Positions 26,681 to 36,228 of a stretch of 40,895 bases of DNA are shown one piece after another; within the stretch, counting starts at the first letter, position 1; every line of letters begins with the position of its first letter. The stretch lies in sequence record DRR378314_1571. One strand, 5' to 3'. The translations under genes were made by a program, and so were the position numbers. The notes under the pieces were generated by a model, which saw only the letters and a program-made list of their open reading frames with translations, was not told the origin of the DNA and ran no database searches.

Positions 26681-28705
26681 TTGAACAATTCCGACGCTGG
26701 AAGCCCAGCCCCCGTCGTCAATTTCGACAAGCTGGTGCAGCGACTGGATGATGCCATTGTGGCTCTCGATGAGAGCCGCGCTTTCGCCAAACCTGGCAAG
26801 CTTCCCCGGCTGTTCGATACCGTTCGCCGGGTGTTGCTCCAGCCTGGCGGTTGCCATGCGGTCCAGGAGCGCTCCGAACGGCTTGAGCGGGCTGGCGTTT
26901 TCCTCGGAACCGACTGGGCGGACCCTTCCATCCTGCTGCCGTCACTAACGACCTTTTCTTTGCAAAGCCCCCAGGCCGACACGGTTATCATCGAAGCTCT
27001 CAGCGAGCTGCGCCTTCTGGCGGTCGCGCACGGGGACTACCAGCATGACTCCATCTCTGCGGAGCAGGCGCACCACTACCTGACCCAGGTGCTGGCCATC
27101 AACCTGAACATGCTGTTTGGCGAGTCGGGGGAGGCCGAGCGGGAGCAGGGCAAGCTGGCGCTGGTCAGCCGTGCGGTGGTACAGCACATTGCGGCCCAGG
27201 TCGGCTACGAGCACGTGATTGATCAGTTGATTGAAGAGATCTGGCGCATATTGCAGCAGAGGCCGATCCAGGTCAGCAGCGTGCGGCAGATGATTACCCA
27301 GATCGCACTCTGTCGCATTGATCCGAACGTCGATCTTGGCGGTGCCGGTCAGGGGGCGGAGCGCCTGATTTCAAGCCTTTACGGGCCGACCCAGGCGTGT
27401 CGGGAAGATCCGGGGATTCCTGTGTACCAGGAGCGGCTGCAGTCCATGGACGCCGTGGCCCTGCAAAGCGAGGCGACCGGCTTCGCCCGTTCCATGCATG
27501 ACACCGGTCTGGTATCGCCCTATCACGCCACCTTTGTCCGCCATATCCTGGAACGGCAGGATGCGCTTCTGACCGAATCCCTTGGCCTGTCCAGTACGGG
27601 TCGTGATTGCCTGCTTTGCTACAAGGATCTGGTGCACGAACTGATTGTAGAAGGCGTTTATCCGGAAACCGCTCAGGGCCTGTATGGCCTGGCGCTGCTG
27701 CTGGAACGGGGCATTCTCTACCAGCCACCACTGGCACCTGCGTTGTGGCGCCAGGCCCGGCTGTCTATCTGCCCAGAGGCCCGTGAGCGCATCCAGCTGG
27801 CGTACGGTTATCAGCCGCAGCCGAAGGCATGGTTGCTGCAGGGGGTGCTCAACATGCTGGGCCAGCCCCTTGGGGTAGGGCAGGGTAACAACCCCACCTG
27901 CCAATCAGCGCGAGCGTTGTCGATGTGGGCGTACAACGACCCGGACTATCTCCTGCAGATGGTGGCCTGGGCGGCCCGCGACAACGAAATCATCATGCAC
28001 TTCGAAGGTCACCCGGTGTCTTCCGCCTCCAGCAAGGGTGGTGTGGCTTCAGAAGTCACGCTCGATCTGGACCCGGTGTCGCTGGTAGTTGTTCCCCATC
28101 TTGACCGGATATACGCAGAAATGGGCCGGTTGTGTGTGGAGCGTCAGGGCGATCCCCACCAGTGGGTCAATCCCGAGTTCCATGGCTGGTCCGCCGGCCG
28201 GGGATTCCGCATCAACGTGGATGTGGCAACCGGGCATCTGGACGAACTGGAGACGTTTCTGCGCCACTTCTACGCCAGTTACCATCCCTACTACAACGGC
28301 AACCAACCGCTGATCCACCCGCAGCCAGCCGGCGTAGCGGTTACAGACAGCGCTGCAAGGTTCATTGGCTGGCACGCCATCACCATCCTCCGTGTGACCC
28401 TGGACCCCGAGGACGTCATGCGGGTGTATTTCTTTAACCCCAACAACGACAGCGGTCAGAACTGGGGTGATGATGTGGTGGTCAGCACTGCCAGGAAAGG
28501 CGAACGGTTCGGCGAGGCGTCCCTGCCCTTTGAACAGTTTGCCTCGCGGCTGTACATTTTCCACTTTGACCCCCTTGAGCGCGGCGAACCTGCGGAAGTC
28601 GGCGAAGAGGAACTGGAACGTGTGATTAGCCGCGTTCACCGCAGTTGGGGCCGTGACCGCTTGCCGGCGGACGCACTGCAGGCAGAGCCCCCGCAGGAAG
28701 GGTAG
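26681..28705 (+). CDS. Hypothetical 674-aa protein with a predicted papain/calpain-like catalytic domain
   Basis: QGNNPTC, GWHAITIL and YFFNPNN motifs in the C-terminal half; TTG start after GAGGA. Confidence 0.8.
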   Translation: MNNSDAGSPAPVVNFDKLVQRLDDAIVALDESRAFAKPGKLPRLFDTVRRVLLQPGGCHAVQERSERLERAGVFLGTDWADPSILLPSLTTFSLQSPQADTVIIEALSELRLLAVAHGDYQHDSISAEQAHHYLTQVLAINLNMLFGESGEAEREQGKLALVSRAVVQHIAAQVGYEHVIDQLIEEIWRILQQRPIQVSSVRQMITQIALCRIDPNVDLGGAGQGAERLISSLYGPTQACREDPGIPVYQERLQSMDAVALQSEATGFARSMHDTGLVSPYHATFVRHILERQDALLTESLGLSSTGRDCLLCYKDLVHELIVEGVYPETAQGLYGLALLLERGILYQPPLAPALWRQARLSICPEARERIQLAYGYQPQPKAWLLQGVLNMLGQPLGVGQGNNPTCQSARALSMWAYNDPDYLLQMVAWAARDNEIIMHFEGHPVSSASSKGGVASEVTLDLDPVSLVVVPHLDRIYAEMGRLCVERQGDPHQWVNPEFHGWSAGRGFRINVDVATGHLDELETFLRHFYASYHPYYNGNQPLIHPQPAGVAVTDSAARFIGWHAITILRVTLDPEDVMRVYFFNPNNDSGQNWGDDVVVSTARKGERFGEASLPFEQFASRLYIFHFDPLERGEPAEVGEEELERVISRVHRSWGRDRLPADALQAEPPQEG

Positions 28706-28733
28706 AACCAACCAAGCCAGAACAGGAGAGATG

Positions 28734-30404
28734 ATGACCGCTGAGGCCAATAATCGCCGCAACGGCGCCGAGCTGTTTGTTCGCGCCCTGGAAAACGAAG
28801 GTGTTCGGTACATCTTTGCGGTACCGGGTGAAGAAAACCTGGATCTTCTTGAGGCCTTGCGCGAATCCAGCATTGAGCTGGTGCTCAATCGCCACGAGCA
28901 GGCCGCTGGCTTTATGGCCGCAACCTACGGCCGCCTGACAGGCCGTGTGGGCGTTTGTCTGTCCACGCTTGGCCCCGGGGCCACCAACCTGGTGACAGCC
29001 GCCGCGTACGCCCAGCTTGGCGGCATGCCCATGATGATGATCTCCGGGCAGAAGCCCATCAAGTCATCCAAGCAGGGGTTGTTCCAGATTCTGGACGTGG
29101 TGGACCTGATGCGGCCGCTCACCAAGTACACTCGCCAGATCAGCAATGCCAACACCATTCCCGCCAAGTTGCGGGAGGCGTTCCGGCTTGCATCGGAAGA
29201 GCGCCCGGGAGCCGTCCATCTCGAATTACCGGAAGATATCGCCTCCGAGTTGGCAGACAGTGACACCCATATCTTCCAGCCCAGTGACGCCCGCCGGCCC
29301 ACCGCCAGTACCAAAAGCCTGGACACGGCCTGCGACATGATCAGCAAGGCCAGACACCCGCTGATCATGATTGGCGCGGGCGCCAACCGAAAACGGGTTT
29401 CACAGGCCCTGATTCACCTGGTAAACGTCACCGGCATTCCGTTCTTCACCACTCAGATGGGCAAAGGTGTTGTGGACGAGCGCCACCCCCGTTACCTGGG
29501 CAACGCGGCACTCTCGGCCGGTGATTTTGTGCACTGCGCCATTGACCACGCCGATCTGGTGATCAACGTTGGCCACGATGTTGTTGAGAAGCCGCCGTTT
29601 TTCATGCATCCCGAGGGTAAGCAGGTTATCCACGTGAACTTCAGTGCGGCCGACGTGGACCCGGTCTACTTTCCCCAGCACGAAGTGGTGGGGGACATCG
29701 CCAACAGCGTGGAATACCTGGCTGAAAAATGCGGTGAATGCTCCTCACATGACTTCACCCGGTTCATGGAAGTGAAGGCCTCCGTCGACAGGCACATGGC
29801 CGACAAGGCGGACGATGGCCGTTTTCCCGTGATCCCCCAGCGCATCGTCAATGACGTACGCCAGGTTATGCCGGACGACGGCATCATTGCGCTCGACAAC
29901 GGCATGTACAAACTCTGGTTTGCGCGCAATTACCCAGCTTACGACAATAACACCGTGCTACTCGACAACGCCCTGGCCTCCATGGGCGCCGGCCTGCCCA
30001 GCGCCATGATGGCGGCCATGCTGTACCCGCACTTGAAGGTCATGGCCGTCTGTGGTGACGGCGGCTTCATGATGAACAGCCAGGAACTGGAAACCGCCGT
30101 GCGGCTGAAGCTTAACCTGGTGATACTCATCATCAACGACAATGCCTACGGCATGATCAAATGGAAGCAGGCCCAGGAAGGTTTCCAGAGCTTCGGGCTG
30201 GACTACGGTAATCCAGATTTCGTGAAATACGCAGACGCCTACGGTGCAACGGGTCACCGAATCGCCCGCACCGAAGACCTGCGGCCGACTCTGAAAGAGG
30301 CCCTGAACTCGGGTGGCGTGCATCTGATTGATGTGCCTGTGGACTACAGCGAAAATCGCCGTGTGTTTGATGAAGAGCTGCGTGACCTGACCTGTAATCT
30401 CTGA
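28734..30404 (+). CDS. Acetolactate synthase large-subunit-like TPP enzyme, with no small subunit alongside
   Basis: VPGEENL, RHEQAAGFMA, TLGPGATN, GDGGFMMN...NDN TPP motif; AGGAG RBS. Confidence 0.9.
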   Translation: MTAEANNRRNGAELFVRALENEGVRYIFAVPGEENLDLLEALRESSIELVLNRHEQAAGFMAATYGRLTGRVGVCLSTLGPGATNLVTAAAYAQLGGMPMMMISGQKPIKSSKQGLFQILDVVDLMRPLTKYTRQISNANTIPAKLREAFRLASEERPGAVHLELPEDIASELADSDTHIFQPSDARRPTASTKSLDTACDMISKARHPLIMIGAGANRKRVSQALIHLVNVTGIPFFTTQMGKGVVDERHPRYLGNAALSAGDFVHCAIDHADLVINVGHDVVEKPPFFMHPEGKQVIHVNFSAADVDPVYFPQHEVVGDIANSVEYLAEKCGECSSHDFTRFMEVKASVDRHMADKADDGRFPVIPQRIVNDVRQVMPDDGIIALDNGMYKLWFARNYPAYDNNTVLLDNALASMGAGLPSAMMAAMLYPHLKVMAVCGDGGFMMNSQELETAVRLKLNLVILIINDNAYGMIKWKQAQEGFQSFGLDYGNPDFVKYADAYGATGHRIARTEDLRPTLKEALNSGGVHLIDVPVDYSENRRVFDEELRDLTCNL

Positions 30405-30408
30405 CCGG

Positions 30409-30426
30409 CTGTCACAAAGCTGTCAT
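30409..30426 (+). promoter_or_regulatory. PHO box (PhoB-type direct repeat)
   Basis: CTGTCAC-AAAG-CTGTCAT: two heptamers with 11-bp periodicity matching the PhoB consensus. Confidence 0.7.
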
Positions 30427-30442
30427 ACACGTCTGTTGATAT

Positions 30443-30523
30443 GGGTTTGGGTAAACCCCTGAAAGCGAACGCAGGAGCTGAAGCTCCACTGCATAATTGA
30501 GCCATTGGATGGCTCTTTTTTTT
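30443..30523 (+). ncRNA. Candidate phosphate-starvation sRNA (5' end uncertain)
   Basis: Lies between the PHO box and a terminator with no gene to serve; contains hairpins GGGTTT/AAACCC and GGAGC/GCTCC. Confidence 0.45.
30499..30523 (+). terminator. Rho-independent terminator
   Basis: GAGCCAT-TGG-ATGGCTC followed by T8. Confidence 0.85.
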
Positions 30524-30535
30524 GTCCGATCTTCA

Positions 30536-31132
30536 TTATCCCATCAGACCGTTGACCACAAACCAGCCGGTCAGCAGCGTGAACGACGTTGCCACAACGG
30601 CCAGCAACCCGTCCCTTGCGACAATCGCCAGACCAAATGCCGTCAACGCCGCGCCACCGCCATTGGCGCTGAAGGGCACCACCTCCATTGCCGGCATAGC
30701 CAAGGCAACCAGCATGCAAATGATGGCCATCACATAAAGCCCCGGCCCGTCCACCAGAAACACCAGGCGCGGCCCCGTCCAGCGATCCAGGAACCGGGCC
30801 GGTTTTTGTAGCCAGTCCAGTCCCTTCAAGAGCTTGTCCTGGGGAACAGAGCGCTTGGAAATCCAGGAAGGCAGCCAGATGGCGTGGCGGTGGAAAAGCA
30901 GTTGCCCCAATGTGAGCAGAACCACCAGCCCCAGAACGGTTGGGACGCCGGGAATGTCGCCGATCAATGGCGCGAGGGTGATCAGCCCCGCTACGAGTAC
31001 CACAGGCCCGAATGAACGCTCCCCGACACCATTGAGAATGTCGTCCACCGATACCTGCCTTGACCCGTCGGCCGACTCACGGATCTGTACCAGCAGTTGT
31101 TGCATGTTGGTAGGGTCGCCATTGTTGCGCAT
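30536..31132 (-). CDS. ExoD-family (exopolysaccharide synthesis) membrane protein
   Basis: GERSFGP...IPG...QLLF...IWLPSWI and VPF motifs; start uncertain (ATG 31132 versus TTG 31171). Confidence 0.8.
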   Translation of the reverse strand: MRNNGDPTNMQQLLVQIRESADGSRQVSVDDILNGVGERSFGPVVLVAGLITLAPLIGDIPGVPTVLGLVVLLTLGQLLFHRHAIWLPSWISKRSVPQDKLLKGLDWLQKPARFLDRWTGPRLVFLVDGPGLYVMAIICMLVALAMPAMEVVPFSANGGGAALTAFGLAIVARDGLLAVVATSFTLLTGWFVVNGLMG

Positions 31133-31313
31133 AGATAGGACTCTTCCTCGAATCAGGATCACGTCTGCCAAATTCGTCCTCTAAAACCTATCATTCCCAA
31201 CCATGGGAAAACAGCAAATGCGACCGAACAGCGGCGGAAATGATTGAAGCCTGTGCAGACCAGGACTAATCTCGATCCCACGACAACAAAAATTTCAGAA
31301 CTCGGAAATCCCC

Positions 31314-31823
31314 ATGGCAGACCTGCTCAACGTTGATTGGATGCTCACCCTCAACCACCTGCTGTTGATGGCCATTGCCTATCTCCTGGCGTTCCCCATC
31401 GGTTTCGACCGGGAAGAGCAGGGCCCCAGAATCGGCCTGAGAACCTTTCCACTGGTGGCGGTGGTCTCATGCGGCTTCATGCTCGTTGGCCGCGCCGTGA
31501 TCGACTCCCCGGGCGAACAGGGCCGCGTGCTGCAGGGCATTGTCACCGGCATCGGTTTCATTGGCGGCGGCGCCATCCTCAAAGACGACAGCCGTGTGAT
31601 CGGCACCGCCACCGCCGCCAGTATCTGGAACTGTGGCGCGATCGGTGTGGCGGTTGCGTACCACCACCTTGAAATTGCCATAGCCCTGAGCGCCCTGAAC
31701 TTCTTCACGCTGCGCTACATGGGAAGGCTGGTGCGGTCGGTAACCGGTGAGCCTGTGGTTGAAGATGGGCAGACGACCCAGCCTGTGAAAGTTCGGGAGT
31801 CTGATAACGAAAAAAGCCCCTGA
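31314..31823 (+). CDS. MgtC/SapB-family membrane protein
   Basis: IGFDRE...GLRTF, RVLQGIVTGIGFIGGGAI, TATAASIW. Confidence 0.88.
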   Translation: MADLLNVDWMLTLNHLLLMAIAYLLAFPIGFDREEQGPRIGLRTFPLVAVVSCGFMLVGRAVIDSPGEQGRVLQGIVTGIGFIGGGAILKDDSRVIGTATAASIWNCGAIGVAVAYHHLEIAIALSALNFFTLRYMGRLVRSVTGEPVVEDGQTTQPVKVRESDNEKSP

Positions 31824-31838
31824 AATCAGGGGCTTTCT
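31810..31838. terminator. Terminator for ssrA (minus strand), probably bidirectional with the mgtC-like gene
   Basis: AAAGCCCCTGA-AA-TCAGGGGCTTT inverted repeat with an A run on the left. Confidence 0.85.
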
Positions 31839-31848
31839 TGCGGTTGGT

Positions 31849-32213
31849 TGGTGGAGACGGCGGGAATTGAACCCGCGTCCGCCAGTACTCAGCCTTGAGG
31901 TCTACATGTTTAGCGTCTCTCTATTGATTTAAGTTCAAGCGACCCGAGAGCCAGGGTGCAAGAACCGAGTTCTTTAAATCTTAGCCGTTAGCCAGTGAAC
32001 TCTGGAAAACGGAGCATCCCGTAAGCGATGACGTCCTGAGATGTTGCTTCCGGGCTACGGGCGACCCGGTCAGGACGACTAGCAGCTTACGCTGCTAGTG
32101 CGTAGTTTTCGTCGTTTGCGACTATTGCGTTGCAGCTTTGGATTAACGAGATTGGCTGCCATCTCGACATGCACCCAAGGGTTCGCCACCGGCGTCGAAG
32201 CCATGTCGTCCCC
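31849..32213 (-). ncRNA. ssrA: Transfer-messenger RNA
   Basis: 5' GGGGACG pairs with 3' CGUCUCC-ACCA (G3-U pair); T arm GGUUCAAUUCC; tag reading frame ANDENYALAA-stop at 32119-32087. Confidence 0.97.
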
Positions 32214-32221
32214 TTACCGAC

Positions 32222-32251
32222 AGTATATGTGGCTGCTTCCGCCAACTTCAA
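32222..32251 (-). promoter_or_regulatory. Putative sigma70 promoter of ssrA
   Basis: TTGAAG-N18-TATACT ending 8 nt upstream of the mature 5' end. Confidence 0.55.
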
Positions 32252-32298
32252 GGTTTTCCTGGTTTTGTTTTGTGGTGCCGGGTGGTCAGTTGTACCTA

Positions 32299-33717
32299 TC
32301 AGCTCGCGGCCCGGGCGGTGTTCTGTTCGCTGTTGTGCAGCGCGGCGTCCAGGAGTTCGGCGAAGCTGTTGCGGAAATGCCCCATCACGCGTGCCGGGTC
32401 GGCCTTGATGTTCTTGTCGATGGTGATACCGAACTGCACGGTGCCGGCGTAACTGAAAATACTCATGCCGATACCAATGTTGCCGCTTTGGGGCACCCAG
32501 AACATGGGTTGGGTGAGCTTTGCCCCGGCCAGGTACACGGGCTCTTTTGGGCCCGGCACGTTGGTGAGTACCGCAGAAGCCTTGTTGCTGAGCATGGAGA
32601 GCGCTCGTCGTTCCAGCACATCGGGGCCGCGCCCGAACAGGTCCAGCAGGCTGTAGGTGACCTGTGCCTGGTAAGAGCGTTTGAGGCGGTTCATGTTTTC
32701 CTGAACCTGGCGGAACCGCATGATCGGATCGGTTTCCTCCACAGGCAGGGTGACCAGCACTAACCCGAACTGGTTGCCCAGGGTTTCGATGGGCTGCCGC
32801 ATCGGGCGCAGGTTGAATGGCACGGCCACGCGAATGCCGCACTCCGGCGTGGCTTCTCCCGTGGCGATAAAGTGTCTTTGCAACGCGCCTGCAGCAGCAC
32901 ACAGCAGCACGTCGTTGGCGGTACCGCGCAGGGCCCTGGCGCACACCTTCACTTCGGCCAGGCTCAGGGGGTCGGCCCAGGCGACATGCTTGCGACCGCT
33001 CAGGGGTGTTTTCAGGCAGGTGTCCGGTTCCGCCGGGGTCAGGCCTAACTTGAGCAAATCGAGGGCGATGTTGCCGGCGGTAGTGGCCAGTTTGAACGGG
33101 TAGCCCGGCTCGTTGCGGATGGACTTGAGAAAAAGCCCGGCCTGGTCGATGGCGGTTTGTCCATTATGCAACGCCCGGCTGGCGAGCTGGCGTAACCCTT
33201 TCGGAGCGTGGGCCTTGGAATGGCTGGATGTCGATACCCGGCTGAGTCTCGGTTCTGGAGAATTGTCGGTCAGCGATAGCAGCACGCGTACGAGCGAAAT
33301 GCCGTCGGCGATGCAGTGATGGATGCGTACCAGCAGGGCACAGCCACCCTGATAGTTCTCGATGTAGTGGATTTGCCAGAGCGGGCGGCGGAAATCCAGA
33401 GAGGTGCTGGTCAGGTCGCTGGTCAATGCCTGCAGTTCCTGTTTGTCACCGTCGCCGGGCAGGGCAAGAACGTGGATGTGGTTGTCGATGTGAAAGAGGG
33501 GGTCGTCCTGCCAGTACACGCGGTCGCCCTCGGTGACGACACGCTGGCGGAACCGCCGGAACGTGAGAAAGCGTTCGTCGAGGGTGCGTTTCAGGCGTTT
33601 CAGGGCGATGGGCTGCTCGAACACCAGCACCGCTGAAATCATCATCGGGTTCTCGGGGCATTCCATGCGTAGCCACGAACGATCTACTGCGGACATGGGT
33701 GTTTGTCTGCGCGTCAT
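32299..33717 (-). CDS. Wax ester synthase / acyl-CoA:diacylglycerol acyltransferase (WS/DGAT)
   Basis: Catalytic HHCIADG (HHxxxDG), LDFRRPLWQ, ANDVLL, TNVPGP. Confidence 0.93.
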   Translation of the reverse strand: MTRRQTPMSAVDRSWLRMECPENPMMISAVLVFEQPIALKRLKRTLDERFLTFRRFRQRVVTEGDRVYWQDDPLFHIDNHIHVLALPGDGDKQELQALTSDLTSTSLDFRRPLWQIHYIENYQGGCALLVRIHHCIADGISLVRVLLSLTDNSPEPRLSRVSTSSHSKAHAPKGLRQLASRALHNGQTAIDQAGLFLKSIRNEPGYPFKLATTAGNIALDLLKLGLTPAEPDTCLKTPLSGRKHVAWADPLSLAEVKVCARALRGTANDVLLCAAAGALQRHFIATGEATPECGIRVAVPFNLRPMRQPIETLGNQFGLVLVTLPVEETDPIMRFRQVQENMNRLKRSYQAQVTYSLLDLFGRGPDVLERRALSMLSNKASAVLTNVPGPKEPVYLAGAKLTQPMFWVPQSGNIGIGMSIFSYAGTVQFGITIDKNIKADPARVMGHFRNSFAELLDAALHNSEQNTARAAS

Positions 33718-33879
33718 CACGAGCTCCCTTTAGTTCCCGTCTGTCCCTGGGTCGCCGCTGTCCGTGTGCGGATGGGGGTAAGTGAACGAGTATAGGCTGA
33801 TCAGTCAGGGGCTAAAAGAGGGTGCAGATGCGACACAACTTGCGAGGGAAGGTGCCGGGCTCGGGGCCCGGTCGTCGGG

Positions 33880-34359
33880 TCAGACGTTGGCTTCGCGGAG
33901 GATGCGCTGCTTCTGACGGTTCCAGTCACGCTCTTTCTCGGTGGCGCGCTTGTCGAAGAGTTTCTTGCCTTTCACCAGGGCAATTTCACACTTCACCTTG
34001 TTCTTTTTCCAGTACATCGCCAAGGGGATGCAGGTGTGACCCGCCTGGTTAACCTTGCCGACGATCTTGGCAATTTCCTTGGCGTGCAGCAGCAGTTTGC
34101 GGGTTCGGGTCGGGTCCGCAATCACGTGGGTTGAAGCGGCGGTGAGCGGGATGATGTGGGATCCCAGCAGCCAAGCCTCTCCATCCTTGAGCAGCACGTA
34201 GGCATCGGTGAGCTGTGCCTTGCCGGCGCGGATGGATTTTACTTCCCAGCCGAGCAGGGCCAAGCCCGCCTCAAAGCGCTCCTCGATGTGATATTCGTGT
34301 TTTGCCTTTTTGTTCAGGGCAATGGTGGCGCTCGGTGCGCCGGATTTATTCTTGCTCAT
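33880..34359 (-). CDS. smpB: SsrA-binding protein
   Basis: [39 protein letters not shown]. Confidence 0.97.
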   Translation of the reverse strand: MSKNKSGAPSATIALNKKAKHEYHIEERFEAGLALLGWEVKSIRAGKAQLTDAYVLLKDGEAWLLGSHIIPLTAASTHVIADPTRTRKLLLHAKEIAKIVGKVNQAGHTCIPLAMYWKKNKVKCEIALVKGKKLFDKRATEKERDWNRQKQRILREANV

Positions 34360-34538
34360 GAATCGTTGATCCGGAGTCGGACAGAAAATTTACCGTGCGT
34401 AATCGTGCCGGAAAAGCGCGCATTGTAGCTCAGGAGTGCCAGACTGGTCACGAAATCGGCGCGATTGACTGAGTCGATGGTCGTATGGGTTGTGATTCCT
34501 CCGCTACAATGTGCGCTGAGATGTCGTCAGGGAACGGA

Positions 34539-36146
34539 ATGCCTACTCCATACGAAACACCAATCGGGTCGTGGACCCGGCCAACCACTTTTTTCTGGGC
34601 CGCGACAGGGGCAACCTTTGGCTTGGCGAACGTGTGGCAGTTCCCCTACCTGGCGGGCCAGCATGGTGGCGGGTTGTTTATAGTGCTTTACCTGTCGTGC
34701 CTGTTGCTGGTGACGTTGCCGTTGATGGTGACCGAATCCGCCATGGGGCGATACGCCCGCCATGGGTTGGTGCTGGCGATGGATGGCTTCGTTCGCAGCG
34801 CACGGCGATCCCGCGGGTGGATCTGGGCTGGCCGGCTGGGGGTGCTGGCGGCGTTTCTGGTACTTTCTTTTACCGCCGTATTCGGTGCCATCGCTCTGGC
34901 TTACGTGTTCTATGGCGCCATGGGGCGCTTTATTGGCGCCGGAGAGGCGGAAGCGGCAGGTATCCTCTCGGCGCTGGTGTCGGACTCACGGGACTACCGC
35001 ATATTCATGGGTTGGCATGGGTTCTTCCTGTTGCTGGTGGTGTGGGTGTCGATGCAGGGGGTGGTAGACGGCATTGAGCGTGCGGTACGGGTTGTGGCGC
35101 CGGCAATGATGCTGATTCTGTTGATGCTCTGTGGCCTGGCCGCCTGGAGCGGGGATTTCCGCAGCGCGTCGGATTTTATGCTGGCTTTCCGCCCCGCCGA
35201 CGTGACCCTGGACAGTGTGCGGGCTGCGTTGTTTCACGCGTTTTTCACCCTCGGGCTCGGAATGGGCGTGTGGACCCTGTTTGGCGCCTACACACCGGCA
35301 AACACCCGGCTGAAGCGATCCGTGCTCGCGGTGGTGCTGATGGATACCCTGATTGCCATCGGTGCGGGATTGGCGATTTATTCCCTGGCTCCCAATGGTC
35401 ATTCCATGGAAGGCGAGCGCGGGTTCGGGCTGTTGTTCCTGTCGCTGCCGGTTGCCTTGTCGGATCTGCCAGGGAGCCAGTTTCTGGTGGCGGCCGTGTT
35501 CCTGGTGATTGTCATGATTGTATGGACAACGTCCCTCTCGCTACTGGAGCCGGTGGTCGGTTGGTTCCGCGAGTGGACAGGGGCGCCAAGGGGGCTGTCT
35601 GCTTTCCTGATGGGCAGCGCGGTGTGGCTGGCGGGGCTGGGGTCGTTGTTGTCATTCAATCTGTGGTCCGACGAGCGTTTCGCCGGTGGTACGTTGTTCC
35701 GCTGGCTTGAGCTGGTTACGGGCGGTTTGCTGATTCCGCTGGTGAGTATCCTGATTTCCGTCTTCGCTGGCTGGTGCCTTACTCGCAATCTGACCTTTAC
35801 CATTCTTGGAAAGACACCACGTCTTATCGGCCGTATATGGTTCTGGGTGATGAGATTGGTCCTGCCCCTGGTGGTGGCGTATATCGGCTTGCAGTACACC
35901 GCCACGTCGTTGGTTGCATTGTGTGACAGCGGAAACAACGGTTTCTGGTGCGAAGCTCCCATCGAGTTGGCGCCGGACTCAATGACGCCCGCTGCGCCCG
36001 AGTCGGGCGATTCGAACAGCGAGGCTGATGACGCCGGCGCGAACGGCGGGCCACAGCCTCAGCCGGGAGAGGGAAGCGGCAATAATGGTCCGGCTGGGCA
36101 GGAAAGTGCCCCCAACAACGGCGATATCCTTTATCATAGCGTCTGA
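34539..36146 (+). CDS. Sodium-dependent transporter, NSS/SNF family
   Basis: GATFGLANVWQFPYLAGQHGGGLF, AFFTLGLGMG; about 12 TM segments and an acidic low-complexity tail; start uncertain. Confidence 0.88.
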   Translation: MPTPYETPIGSWTRPTTFFWAATGATFGLANVWQFPYLAGQHGGGLFIVLYLSCLLLVTLPLMVTESAMGRYARHGLVLAMDGFVRSARRSRGWIWAGRLGVLAAFLVLSFTAVFGAIALAYVFYGAMGRFIGAGEAEAAGILSALVSDSRDYRIFMGWHGFFLLLVVWVSMQGVVDGIERAVRVVAPAMMLILLMLCGLAAWSGDFRSASDFMLAFRPADVTLDSVRAALFHAFFTLGLGMGVWTLFGAYTPANTRLKRSVLAVVLMDTLIAIGAGLAIYSLAPNGHSMEGERGFGLLFLSLPVALSDLPGSQFLVAAVFLVIVMIVWTTSLSLLEPVVGWFREWTGAPRGLSAFLMGSAVWLAGLGSLLSFNLWSDERFAGGTLFRWLELVTGGLLIPLVSILISVFAGWCLTRNLTFTILGKTPRLIGRIWFWVMRLVLPLVVAYIGLQYTATSLVALCDSGNNGFWCEAPIELAPDSMTPAAPESGDSNSEADDAGANGGPQPQPGEGSGNNGPAGQESAPNNGDILYHSV

Positions 36147-36228
36147 TATTGGCGTCCCTGATGAAGGGGCCCCCCTTTTTGCAGGGTCTTCAATTCAAGT
36201 GTAATCGCAAGCAGGACGTCCGGTTCCA

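Noticed and set aside
30536-31860. Genomic island integrated at the ssrA 3' end
   Set aside because: No integrase next to ssrA and no duplicated ssrA 3' end noticed by eye; a terminator follows the gene directly
32087-32944. 285-aa ORF ending in ANDENYALAA
   Set aside because: It is the tmRNA tag frame extended by chance through ssrA and an alternative frame of WS/DGAT; the rest does not look like a protein
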